From the NCBI RefSeq assembly GCF_003790525.1, contig NZ_CP033635.1: DNA of 64,000 nt, one strand, 5' to 3'. Origin of the DNA: Escherichia coli. Its GTDB lineage: Bacteria; Pseudomonadota; Gammaproteobacteria; Enterobacterales; Enterobacteriaceae. Below, in pieces: positions 9,705-19,110 of this stretch; positions within the stretch are counted from its first letter, which is position 1, and the number at the start of each line of letters is the position of its first letter. Below the pieces are notes generated by a model that was not told the origin of the DNA, made no database searches, and worked only from the letters and a program-made list of their open reading frames with translations. The position numbers and the translations under genes are program-made.

Positions 9705-12563
9705 TTAACCCTCCGCTCCGGTGATAACAGCAATTACCTGAATGTAGGGTTCTTTTTCAGTCGTCATGGTGTCCTCAATCCATTCGATATAGCTGTCAAA
9801 ATTGTGTTCGATTTCGCGTTGTCTCTGCTCTTTACGGCTCTGCTTAACTGACAATTGCTGTTTGTTATCGGCAAAATCCAGCTCAAGTTGGCTCAACTGC
9901 CGCCCACGCAAAACGTCCAGCTTTTGCAGATGCTCATTCAGTTGCTGGTTAATGTGCGTTTCAAACGCATTCCGATCATGGATGAATACCTCCCGGGCAT
10001 GAGCAATAGCCGCTTCCAGTAAATCCTGCTGGCGCTGGTGATTACGATCTTTACCGCCGCTGTTAGTCAGCTTGTTACTCAACTGCGGATGACGTTGTAA
10101 AAACTCAGCAAATGGCTGACTGCCGATTAGCGATTCACGGTTAAAGCTCACCACTATCCACGGGTTCACCATCGGATGTGATTTACGGTTCGGGAATAAC
10201 CCGGAAAGAATGAAGTGATCTTCATCGGGTTCAAGCAGGTATGGCAGACGGATAACCGGTGCCTGATGACGACCAAAAGCCGAAGAGATTTTATCGTCCA
10301 GCCACTGCACTACCGGGTTGATTTGCCAGAGATACTGCACATCGGGCCAGGCATGTTGCTCACCGCGAGCGCGTGCAATCGCGTCGGTGATGACGGTTTT
10401 ATCCTGACTTAAATAGAGCTGCCAGTTCTCCGGCGCGATTTCAGGCGGTAGCTGATTGAAGCGGCGGCGTAACTCCTCCGGCGCCACCAGCGACAAGGTA
10501 TTATCAGGCAAGGTTTCATACTGGATAGTTTGACCACTGGCTTTCAGGTAACCCAATGCTCTTTCGCAGTACGCCTGTTCGCTGGCAAACAAGCTGGTGT
10601 CTGTTTCGGTGACCATTGAGGCATCGCTGGAAACCGCACTGCATATTTCGCCAAACAGATCATGTTCGGCGCTTTCCGAGACGTTGCTGTTCAGCAGTTG
10701 ATCAAACAGGCTGGCACCATCATCCTGCATCATGAACTCTGCAACCTGCTCTTCTTCCTCTTCCTGGGTAAATTTGCCGGTAAACTCCGAACTGTCCCCA
10801 ATGTTCTTCTGCGCCTGTTCGTCTTTGTTGATCAACACTTCCAGTACGCGCATATCGCCATTGATCTGCGGTTCGCTGGCCTCGGTAAGCAGATAGCGGA
10901 TTTGAGGCTGATGTTTTTGCCCATAGCGGTCAATACGCCCGTTACGTTGCTGGAATACCATCAACGACCACGGAATATCAAAGTGAATCATTTTGTGGCT
11001 AAGGTGATGCAGGTTGATCCCTTCAGATGCCACATCCGAACAAACCAGAAGACGCAACGGCGACTGCGTTTTACCAAAGGCTTCTACGGTTTCCATCAAC
11101 ACCGTATCGCCCTGATCGCCGCGCAGCGTGGCGATCTGATCATCTTTCAATTTCAGATCCGCTCGCAGTTGCTGTTCGAGGAACTCCAGCGTTTTAATGC
11201 TTTCAGTGAAGATCACCAGGCGATCTTCCGTGTTATTGGCTTTCCAGGCGAGGTCTTTTCGGATGGTGTCGAGCAGCAACTGGTATTTGCTAAACTGGCT
11301 GGCATCAATGTTATTCAGCGCCAACAGCAATGACTCCAGTTCGTTGATCTGGCTCTGGCTATTATGATCTTTACGGCTCTCAAGACGCTTCAGACGATTA
11401 GCCACTACGCTGGCACACGCCATCGGGCTGGAAAATAGCGCTTTTTCGAGGGTTATCTTGAACAGACGACCTTTGTTAGACTGGGCCTGTTCATCGTCAT
11501 CATCACGGAACTGACTCTCAACCAGGCGACGGTATGCTTCTTCTTCGGCACCGGATGCCAGGCGAGTCAGTTTGACAATATTGCGCTCGGGGAACTCGCC
11601 GGACATCTGATCTTTCACGTCTTTTTTGAAGCGACGGACAACCAGATTTTTATCGGCAAAGTCGGCGTATTCATACTCTTTCGGGTTGGCGATCGCCGTC
11701 GGGTCAAGCATGTTCATCAGGCTGGCAAAACTTTCAGCCTTACCATCATGCGGCGTCGCTGAAAGCATAATCAGCGTATCGCTACGCCCGGCGAGCAGTT
11801 TTGCCAGTTTACTGCGTAACGAACTGGTTCCACGTTCTGCGACGTTATGGGCCTCATCAATGACAATAATATCCCACCAGGCATTTTCCAGATGGTGACG
11901 ATATTCAATGTCTTGTTTCAGCGTATCGATGGAGATAATGGTCTTGTCAAAATAGTGAAACGGGTTGTGGTTGGTAGGGATGCGGTTACGCACCTTTTGT
12001 AAACCAGCAGAATCCAGGCGGGTCAATGGGATCGCAAAACGGCTCCAGAACTCCTTCTGGAATTGTGTCAGCATCGATTTAACCGCCAGAACCAGAATAC
12101 GTTTTCCGCGCCCACGACGGATCAGCTCCGAAACCAGAATACCGGCTTCCAGCGTTTTACCCAGACCGACAGCGTCGGCAATGAGTATCCGCTGGCGCGG
12201 CTGTGCCAGAGCCATCCGCGTAGGGTCGAGCTGAAACGGCATGGAATCCATCGCCGCCAGATGACCAAAATGGACTTTACTGTCTGTCGGTACGCGTTGG
12301 CGTAACTGACTTTCGATATACAACTGCGCCGCCTGATAATTGGCGGATTCATCTTCCACCAAATGCGTTTTTGCGGGATCCAGGATCTCTACTTTTTGTT
12401 CCAGTTTGGTCAGAAATAACCCTTCTTTACCGCGCACAAGCTCTGAAATACCATCGCAGGTCAGCAAATACCCACCATCACCACTGTCATCCGCCCGGCG
12501 AATACGCCATTCGGCATCACGAATAACCACCCGCATACCAGGTGCATAATTTTGCTTATTCAT
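9705..12563 (-). CDS. drmD: SNF2-family helicase (DrmD-like)
   Basis: 952 aa ORF with motif I ADAVGLGKT, motif II IIVIDEAHN and the C-terminal helicase motif QRNGRIDRYGQ. First gene of a three-gene minus-strand operon. Confidence 0.65.
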   Translation of the reverse strand: MNKQNYAPGMRVVIRDAEWRIRRADDSGDGGYLLTCDGISELVRGKEGLFLTKLEQKVEILDPAKTHLVEDESANYQAAQLYIESQLRQRVPTDSKVHFGHLAAMDSMPFQLDPTRMALAQPRQRILIADAVGLGKTLEAGILVSELIRRGRGKRILVLAVKSMLTQFQKEFWSRFAIPLTRLDSAGLQKVRNRIPTNHNPFHYFDKTIISIDTLKQDIEYRHHLENAWWDIIVIDEAHNVAERGTSSLRSKLAKLLAGRSDTLIMLSATPHDGKAESFASLMNMLDPTAIANPKEYEYADFADKNLVVRRFKKDVKDQMSGEFPERNIVKLTRLASGAEEEAYRRLVESQFRDDDDEQAQSNKGRLFKITLEKALFSSPMACASVVANRLKRLESRKDHNSQSQINELESLLLALNNIDASQFSKYQLLLDTIRKDLAWKANNTEDRLVIFTESIKTLEFLEQQLRADLKLKDDQIATLRGDQGDTVLMETVEAFGKTQSPLRLLVCSDVASEGINLHHLSHKMIHFDIPWSLMVFQQRNGRIDRYGQKHQPQIRYLLTEASEPQINGDMRVLEVLINKDEQAQKNIGDSSEFTGKFTQEEEEEQVAEFMMQDDGASLFDQLLNSNVSESAEHDLFGEICSAVSSDASMVTETDTSLFASEQAYCERALGYLKASGQTIQYETLPDNTLSLVAPEELRRRFNQLPPEIAPENWQLYLSQDKTVITDAIARARGEQHAWPDVQYLWQINPVVQWLDDKISSAFGRHQAPVIRLPYLLEPDEDHFILSGLFPNRKSHPMVNPWIVVSFNRESLIGSQPFAEFLQRHPQLSNKLTNSGGKDRNHQRQQDLLEAAIAHAREVFIHDRNAFETHINQQLNEHLQKLDVLRGRQLSQLELDFADNKQQLSVKQSRKEQRQREIEHNFDSYIEWIEDTMTTEKEPYIQVIAVITGAEG

Positions 12564-12642
12564 CGGTTTTTCTGTCTATTTGGGGCAGTGGCGGTAACGT
12601 CATCCTGAAAAATGTGGCGCGGCACACTGCGATAAAAAAGAG

Positions 12643-12667
12643 GGCCTTAAAGATATCATGAAGGCCC
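12643..12667 (-). terminator. Candidate intrinsic terminator between the druE-like gene and the SNF2 operon
   Basis: Perfect 7-bp inverted repeat GGGCCTT-N12-AAGGCCC, followed on the minus strand by CTCTTTTTTAT. Confidence 0.4.
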
Positions 12668-12786
12668 CCGGCAAAGTGACAAAATGGGAGGGAATGCGCA
12701 TAATTTGCGCATGATTTTCAAACAAAAATTATTAAAAAGTGAGCTGGGTCAACTCCCCTGGAAGATATCCTCAGGGGAGCAATTAT

Positions 12787-15700
12787 TTATCCAGCGATAA
12801 TATAACTCCTAAGGTCATTACCCGGGGCAACAGCTCGCGCTCGCGTGTTTGCCAGCCGTTCAACTTGCTGCGGTACTCGTAGAGCAAAATCAAAGAAGGT
12901 GTCTTCAATACAGCGCCAGTAGCTAAGCCCCATGTCGAGCAGGACATAATGCTGACTGCCATCGCTGAAGGTGACTGTCAGTTCTCGTCCATGCTCCGTA
13001 CTCTGGTTATCCCCCGTTAACCAGCTAATTGCTCCCAGCCACGCTGGCCCCAGATATCCTTCTTCAAGTAAAGTGGTCACAACCTGCTGACGATCTTCCT
13101 CATTAAGCCACGCGTTATAGAGAGCGTCGTGTTGGCGAGAGTTGTAATCCAATTTTTTGACGCAAACAGTGAGGCTGGCGCGTTCCGCCATTCCCTGTTC
13201 AACCAGCTCAGTTAAGATTTCACCTAACAAACGCGCCGTGAATGGGCTATTAAGATAACGATCGCTGTACTCAACATGCGTTATCTCTTTGTGGCGGGTA
13301 AATGCCTGCTTCCAGCCAGCGTGCTGTTGCGTGACTAACGACCAGAAACGCGAACCAAAACCTTCCAGCGGCCCGTCCAGTTGTTCGCAGAGATTGATGC
13401 GCACCGCCCCGGTGGGTAAGGCGGGCAGTAAATCTTCTGCACTTAAGATCTGACCCAAGAAGGTTTTTCCGGACGTTCCTTTAAGTGTCACTACTGGTGA
13501 AGACGCACTTTGTCCCCATAATTCACCAGGTGCAACGGTAGCGCTGTCGTCTGCGGCCCACTGTTGGCTTTGCCCTTCGCGAGTCACCTGCGCAAGCCAG
13601 CGTCCCTTTCCTTGCATGAGTTGCGCAGTGGCAATGGATTTCACTTGTAAGCGTCCTCCCGGCATCGCCGCCAACGCGGAAAGCTGATGTCTGGAGCTAT
13701 CAGTTAAGTTTGCCAACGGCGTGGCCACCAGCAACTCAACATGCCCACCGGAGGAGGCAAACTGGAGCAACTCTTTAAATAATGGCCATTGGGCAAAATC
13801 CCACTGTTCCTGCGGCCCCGCAAGAACCAGCGAGCAGGAGTCATAAATCTCGCTGTTCAGGCATTGCGCAATACGTAAACTCAGCGGGTTAGTTTCAACC
13901 CGGCTACCATCGCCGAAGTACTGATATTCTGGCGCGAGGTTAAGTCGCTGCAACCGTACATTGGTAAGCAGGGTTAATGCATGGTGACGATCTAATCTGT
14001 TGACATAATGCTGACTGTCGTAGCTGAGCAAGCAGTGGTGACAGAATTTATCGCAACTGCAATCGAGCAATTTTCTGGCGTAATTAAAGACATCAGCCCA
14101 ATGGTCGATCAATTGCACTGCATAACCTGCACCACCCGCATTATTGTCGTAAATGAAGATGGAATATCCGGTATAGCCATTGATATCGCGCGCTTGCTGC
14201 GTCGTCACGCCCAGCTCAGTATTTTCGATACCCAATTTATGCGCTAACCCTTCACGCAAAGCGACCGCAAGGGATCGCGCGGCAACCTCATCACGGATCA
14301 ACAGGCCATTATCATCATTGAGTTGCAGCTCAACCATATCTGTACGACTGCTATACCCCAACCACAGATCTTTATGCACATGACCGTGGCACAATTTATT
14401 GCTCCCCTGACGATCGTTACTGCCCCCTCGCAACAGGTAATGCGTATTTTCCCTCTCTGGGTTCTTAAGATTTTCAGGGGTACGCTGGGGTTGATTTTGA
14501 GATTCTGCCCGACCACATGAGAGGCAAATTGCGTAGCCGTGCCCAAATTCCCCTTCACTGAAGTGGAACAATTCCCCACTATGGCTAAAACGGTAACGTC
14601 CTAGCCCAGCATCGGGTAAAGAAACCCACACCGAAGACGGTACAAGAACACGTGGATCTTTCCAGGGAAGTTGTGCAGGCATGGATACATCATTATGCGC
14701 CTGATAACGGATATCTGTCGCAAAACCAACAGGCTGTAAATAACGCTTCACATCAAGTTGCTGTATATCCGCTTTGCAGTGACTACATTCGACAGGACGG
14801 GTAGTACTGGTTGCCCCCGCACCACATTTACGACAATGCCAGAACCACGGAATATGATGATCGCCTGACAGCTCCTGCCCGCTGGCAAGTACCTTGCCAA
14901 GCATAATGCCCGAGGAACGATATACTTTTCCGCCCAATACCACATCTGCACCTGGAGCATACTCGCGTAATGCTGTAGGCAAATCACGGCTGGGCAATTT
15001 TTCAATACGACGAGAAAAGCTTTCTCCCCCTTCATTAGGGTCAGCCTGAGTGGCTTTTATTGCGCGACGTTTTTCCAGCTCATCTGCCGTCAGATAATTG
15101 AAATTGACGACGCCAACCGGGAAACCATGCCCCGGCAGGAACGCTTCACTAATGAGTTTAGAAAACAGATATGCACCGCGATAATCACGAAGCTGATAAG
15201 CGATGGCTTTACCTGCTGGCGTTTCTTCCCACGCGCTGTTATCCGCCTTCAACGCTTCGATATTTTCCAACAGTATCGCAAGTTGGCTTCTCCAGCGGAT
15301 ATCAACCTGCTGCATCATTGCTTGTGTGCGGGTCAAGAGCTGGGTTGCCGTCAATGACATCAGGACGGTTCCCTGAGTAAGGCGTTTAAGTTTATCCGCC
15401 AGCTGATCGGCCTGGTTATTTAACCAATGGAGAAAACGAAGACACTGGCTCTCATCACCTTCAAAGAACCATTTGCAACTCAGTTTTGTCGCATCAGGAA
15501 CTTCAGCTCGTAAAAACAGACCTAAAACCAGGGCATTAACATGTCGTTGAACAATACTGCTGCTCCCAAAACGAACCCGTGGCGCACTGGCAGTAGTGTT
15601 GAACGCCCAGAGGGGGTCTTTGAATACCTCCATTCCATGCGCCGTGTTTTTACATAACGTAATGGCAGCAGATGCACTCTCTCCACGTCGACCCGCGCGG

Positions 15701-18700
15701 CCTGCACGCTGCAAATAATTTGCCGGAGCTGGAGGAACGTTGTTCATTGCCACCAAACTCATACCACCAATGTCCACCCCCATCTCCATGGTCGTGGAGC
15801 AGTTCAGCACATTAACTTTGCCTGACTTAAATTGTTTTTCATTAAACTGGTTCTGCTCAGGCGTTCTCTGCGCAGAGTGTTCCTCCAGACGATACCAGCT
15901 ATCTTTCAGGGCCAGTCGGTCGCTGCGAGTAGACCATAATCCTTCCTCGCGGGCATGTTGAATCAGCGCATTACTTTCCAGCCACTCCAGACGTTCTTCT
16001 CGGGCGATTTCTCCACCACCAGACAAACGCCAGTGACGTACAGGAAGCTCAGGCATTTCAATCAACACTGCTTTTTCAGGTGCAATTTCTTTGCTACCCG
16101 GCAAATACGGAGAGTATCCCAGTAACGTGACGTCTAACGCACGTCGAGTATAGGGGCAACGCCACACTTGCTTTGGACTGTAAAATTCAGCTTGTTGTTT
16201 AATATCCAGCTGATAACCCGACTCAAACTGACGTAAGCAGGGTCGAATTGCATCCCAGACCTCAATCATTAAGTGGTTAACTAACGATTTCCAGTGAGCC
16301 TGCTCAGGTTGTATTGCCGGAAAGACTGCAATTAATAGCTTAATGACCCGGTTATAATGGCGATCGCGTATTTGTGGCCAAAGTTGATCACGTTTCTGCC
16401 CTTTGTTTTTTTTATCTGGACCCTGGAGCATTTTTACCGGGAAACGAGCCCCCATCCAGCGAGGGTATTGCTCGTTTTCGTAAAAAACGGCACTGTTTTC
16501 ACGTATAAAGAAATCAAGAGTAATCTTCAATAAATTACGCCATTCCGCTAATTGCTTATCGGGATCGGGTAATAATGTCTTCCAGTCCTGCGGGCAGGTT
16601 GTAACTTTATCAATAAATGGATAGTGAATGGCTACCAGACCCAGACTTTCGAGGGTCCAGGCATTTTTAGGGCGGCGACCAAACTCACTGTATAAACAAA
16701 AATCTGCAAACTGTTGTTTAGTAAGATCAAGCCCAGACAATTCTTTAAAACTGCCTCTCATTCTATCGGCAAGGTCCACACTGCCAACCAGCTGTTCAGA
16801 CAGTGTTTGCCATGACATGGTTTTCTTCTGCTGATTGCCAGAGTTAGCCTGGAGTATTTGCATCGCTTCAGCATGATCCGGGCTTAAGGAACTCACCATC
16901 GGCTCGATAATTTTAAGTGCCTGAATGTCCGCCGGGCTAAGCTCTTCATTAGCAACCATCGCTTTTTTCAGCGCGTCAATAGAGTTTTTTAAAGGAAGGA
17001 TAGAAAACTGGGTAATAAAACTCTCTAACAATGCGCAGTGTGCCGGGCTGAGCTTTGCTGATGGCTCATTAATATTGGCCAACTCCTGGTAACAAAGAGC
17101 TCGCAACGTCGCTTTATCGGCATCCTGCTGTAAGCGGGCAGAAATGCGGGCAGTGCCCTGACGTGAATCCGTAAAGGTGAGCAGACGTCGACCATTAAAC
17201 GGTCCTAACTGCTCTTCTCTTGTCTGCGGTAATGGTGAAAACTCCAGCAGAGTAGGAATAATTTCATTTAAAAAAAAGGGCGCGCCAAGTCGAAGCGGAC
17301 GGAATAAAGGATTATTTTTTCGTTGGGTGTCACCACAGCAAACACAAGCAAAGGAATTATTACGTCCCTCACCTCGAGATTCCGGTCTTAACAGGTTTAT
17401 TTCATAGTGCTTTTGCGCTTCACTATCAATTTTCCCCGCCGTCGTTTCTTCCAGAGAAATGATATATTTTTCACCATCGATCGCAATCAGACGATCAAAT
17501 TGAGAGTTATTGTCTAATTCGTCGTTGTCTTCATCTTCAGAATAAACATCTACATCAAGAGCAAATTCATCCACTTCGGCAGCGGCGGGTTGCGCTACCA
17601 ACCAGTTCGTTCCATCACCGCGCACCTCCTCTTTGGCAGACAAATAAGCTGAACCACACCCGGAGCAACGTAAAACTTCAAATACCGGCGCACCACAGTC
17701 ACAATATTGGCGCTGCTCAAACCATACCTGACCAAATGGCCAGTCACTCTGATTTAATTCATGCGCTTTATGTGAGCATTGTTTGTTTGAACATGCCCAT
17801 AGACCCGCCAGTGTTCTGATAAACCCATGCATACGTAATGGCGTAAAAGCCAGTTCACCTTCTCGCGATCTCGCCATTAGGTCGAGGAGTTGCAGTAACT
17901 CACGGTGATTAATATCTGGCCAGGTTCTTCTGGCAACATTGAGCAACTCACTCAAACGTACTGCCTGCCGTCCGGGATGAGTTAACGCCTGACGCAATTG
18001 CTGGGCCACACGGTAATGACAAAGCTGTTGGTAAAGATCCTGAGGGCTCAAAGATTTAAGAGAAGTTAAAGATGTGGGATATTCATGACGAATCAGCGAC
18101 TCCGATACCCGCGGTATTTGTCGATAGCCGCGAACCACTTTGACATCACGTTCTGTAACGCCCGCGAGATCAGCGACAAATTTAGCAAGCTCCTTATTAC
18201 CTTCAGGAGAGTCTTCACCAATAGTGGCAGAGGTCGCGATAATCTGCACAGGTTTATCTGTGCCCGGTCCAACATTGAAAGCCTGCATAACACGACGTAA
18301 AAGCAGCGCTAACTCAGCAGCCTGAGAACCAATATAACTATGGGCTTCATCCAGGACGATATACTTTAACATCCCCTGAGACTTTTCGATGATTGGGGCA
18401 TCTTTACGACGAATCAGCATATATTCCAGCATGGTGGTATTCGTCACCATGATGGAAGGTGGTGCTTCGTAAATGGCTTCCCGACTCAAAGCTTGTTCAG
18501 GTACTTTCAACTGATCTTCCTGAACTTCGTATTTGGTATGCCGGGTTTCGCCATTATATAGCGCGAAGCGTATTTTCCCCTTAAATCCGCGCGTCCATTC
18601 GCGAAGCCGCTCCTGTTGGCTGTTAATTAATGCATTTAACGGATACAAGAAAATAGCTTGTGTCCCTGTTAGTGACTGACGGGTCGATTTTTGCTGACGA

Positions 18701-19110
18701 ATAAGATCTTCCAGAACCGGTACCATAAAGCATTCTGTTTTCCCGGATCCCGTACCGCTGCTCACTAACAAGGATTTTTTGTCTTCCAGAATCGTTCGCC
18801 ACGCCGTAAGTTGATGACGAAATGGCACCGGCGCTTTGCTCAATGCATCAACCAGCGGGCTGGAAATTAGCTTGTCCCGCAAATCCTCCATTGTTTCATC
18901 CGCAGGCATCCAGCCGAACGTGCTTTCGAATACCGGGTCTGCAAGCAGTGACCCCTCCTGACCGGGAGGCTGGAAATATTGTGATTCCAGATAATGAGTC
19001 AACGACTTGCTCCGCAATGCCAACTGACTTACCACCGACCTCACCGCGCGCTGATGAAGCTGATTTAGAAGTGGCGCATAATGCAGTTGCTGAACGTCCA
19101 TCAATGACAT
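12787..19110 (-). CDS. druE: DruE-like large helicase (Druantia type III-like)
   Basis: 2107 aa ORF with Walker A SSGTGSGKTECFM, DEAH-type box VLDEAHSY and a C-terminal Cys-rich region (CLSCG..., CSCDKFCHHC). Overlaps the upstream gene by 10 nt. Confidence 0.6.
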   Translation of the reverse strand: MSLMDVQQLHYAPLLNQLHQRAVRSVVSQLALRSKSLTHYLESQYFQPPGQEGSLLADPVFESTFGWMPADETMEDLRDKLISSPLVDALSKAPVPFRHQLTAWRTILEDKKSLLVSSGTGSGKTECFMVPVLEDLIRQQKSTRQSLTGTQAIFLYPLNALINSQQERLREWTRGFKGKIRFALYNGETRHTKYEVQEDQLKVPEQALSREAIYEAPPSIMVTNTTMLEYMLIRRKDAPIIEKSQGMLKYIVLDEAHSYIGSQAAELALLLRRVMQAFNVGPGTDKPVQIIATSATIGEDSPEGNKELAKFVADLAGVTERDVKVVRGYRQIPRVSESLIRHEYPTSLTSLKSLSPQDLYQQLCHYRVAQQLRQALTHPGRQAVRLSELLNVARRTWPDINHRELLQLLDLMARSREGELAFTPLRMHGFIRTLAGLWACSNKQCSHKAHELNQSDWPFGQVWFEQRQYCDCGAPVFEVLRCSGCGSAYLSAKEEVRGDGTNWLVAQPAAAEVDEFALDVDVYSEDEDNDELDNNSQFDRLIAIDGEKYIISLEETTAGKIDSEAQKHYEINLLRPESRGEGRNNSFACVCCGDTQRKNNPLFRPLRLGAPFFLNEIIPTLLEFSPLPQTREEQLGPFNGRRLLTFTDSRQGTARISARLQQDADKATLRALCYQELANINEPSAKLSPAHCALLESFITQFSILPLKNSIDALKKAMVANEELSPADIQALKIIEPMVSSLSPDHAEAMQILQANSGNQQKKTMSWQTLSEQLVGSVDLADRMRGSFKELSGLDLTKQQFADFCLYSEFGRRPKNAWTLESLGLVAIHYPFIDKVTTCPQDWKTLLPDPDKQLAEWRNLLKITLDFFIRENSAVFYENEQYPRWMGARFPVKMLQGPDKKNKGQKRDQLWPQIRDRHYNRVIKLLIAVFPAIQPEQAHWKSLVNHLMIEVWDAIRPCLRQFESGYQLDIKQQAEFYSPKQVWRCPYTRRALDVTLLGYSPYLPGSKEIAPEKAVLIEMPELPVRHWRLSGGGEIAREERLEWLESNALIQHAREEGLWSTRSDRLALKDSWYRLEEHSAQRTPEQNQFNEKQFKSGKVNVLNCSTTMEMGVDIGGMSLVAMNNVPPAPANYLQRAGRAGRRGESASAAITLCKNTAHGMEVFKDPLWAFNTTASAPRVRFGSSSIVQRHVNALVLGLFLRAEVPDATKLSCKWFFEGDESQCLRFLHWLNNQADQLADKLKRLTQGTVLMSLTATQLLTRTQAMMQQVDIRWRSQLAILLENIEALKADNSAWEETPAGKAIAYQLRDYRGAYLFSKLISEAFLPGHGFPVGVVNFNYLTADELEKRRAIKATQADPNEGGESFSRRIEKLPSRDLPTALREYAPGADVVLGGKVYRSSGIMLGKVLASGQELSGDHHIPWFWHCRKCGAGATSTTRPVECSHCKADIQQLDVKRYLQPVGFATDIRYQAHNDVSMPAQLPWKDPRVLVPSSVWVSLPDAGLGRYRFSHSGELFHFSEGEFGHGYAICLSCGRAESQNQPQRTPENLKNPERENTHYLLRGGSNDRQGSNKLCHGHVHKDLWLGYSSRTDMVELQLNDDNGLLIRDEVAARSLAVALREGLAHKLGIENTELGVTTQQARDINGYTGYSIFIYDNNAGGAGYAVQLIDHWADVFNYARKLLDCSCDKFCHHCLLSYDSQHYVNRLDRHHALTLLTNVRLQRLNLAPEYQYFGDGSRVETNPLSLRIAQCLNSEIYDSCSLVLAGPQEQWDFAQWPLFKELLQFASSGGHVELLVATPLANLTDSSRHQLSALAAMPGGRLQVKSIATAQLMQGKGRWLAQVTREGQSQQWAADDSATVAPGELWGQSASSPVVTLKGTSGKTFLGQILSAEDLLPALPTGAVRINLCEQLDGPLEGFGSRFWSLVTQQHAGWKQAFTRHKEITHVEYSDRYLNSPFTARLLGEILTELVEQGMAERASLTVCVKKLDYNSRQHDALYNAWLNEEDRQQVVTTLLEEGYLGPAWLGAISWLTGDNQSTEHGRELTVTFSDGSQHYVLLDMGLSYWRCIEDTFFDFALRVPQQVERLANTRARAVAPGNDLRSYIIAG

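Noticed and set aside
7297-11333. Plus-strand ORFs inside the methyltransferase and SNF2 genes (for example 7297-7728, 8371-8967, 10662-11333)
   Set aside because: Antisense to long, motif-rich minus-strand genes, with no start context or conserved motifs.
14008-18325. Short ORFs on both strands inside the DruE-like gene
   Set aside because: Embedded in or antisense to a 2107 aa helicase ORF; judged spurious.
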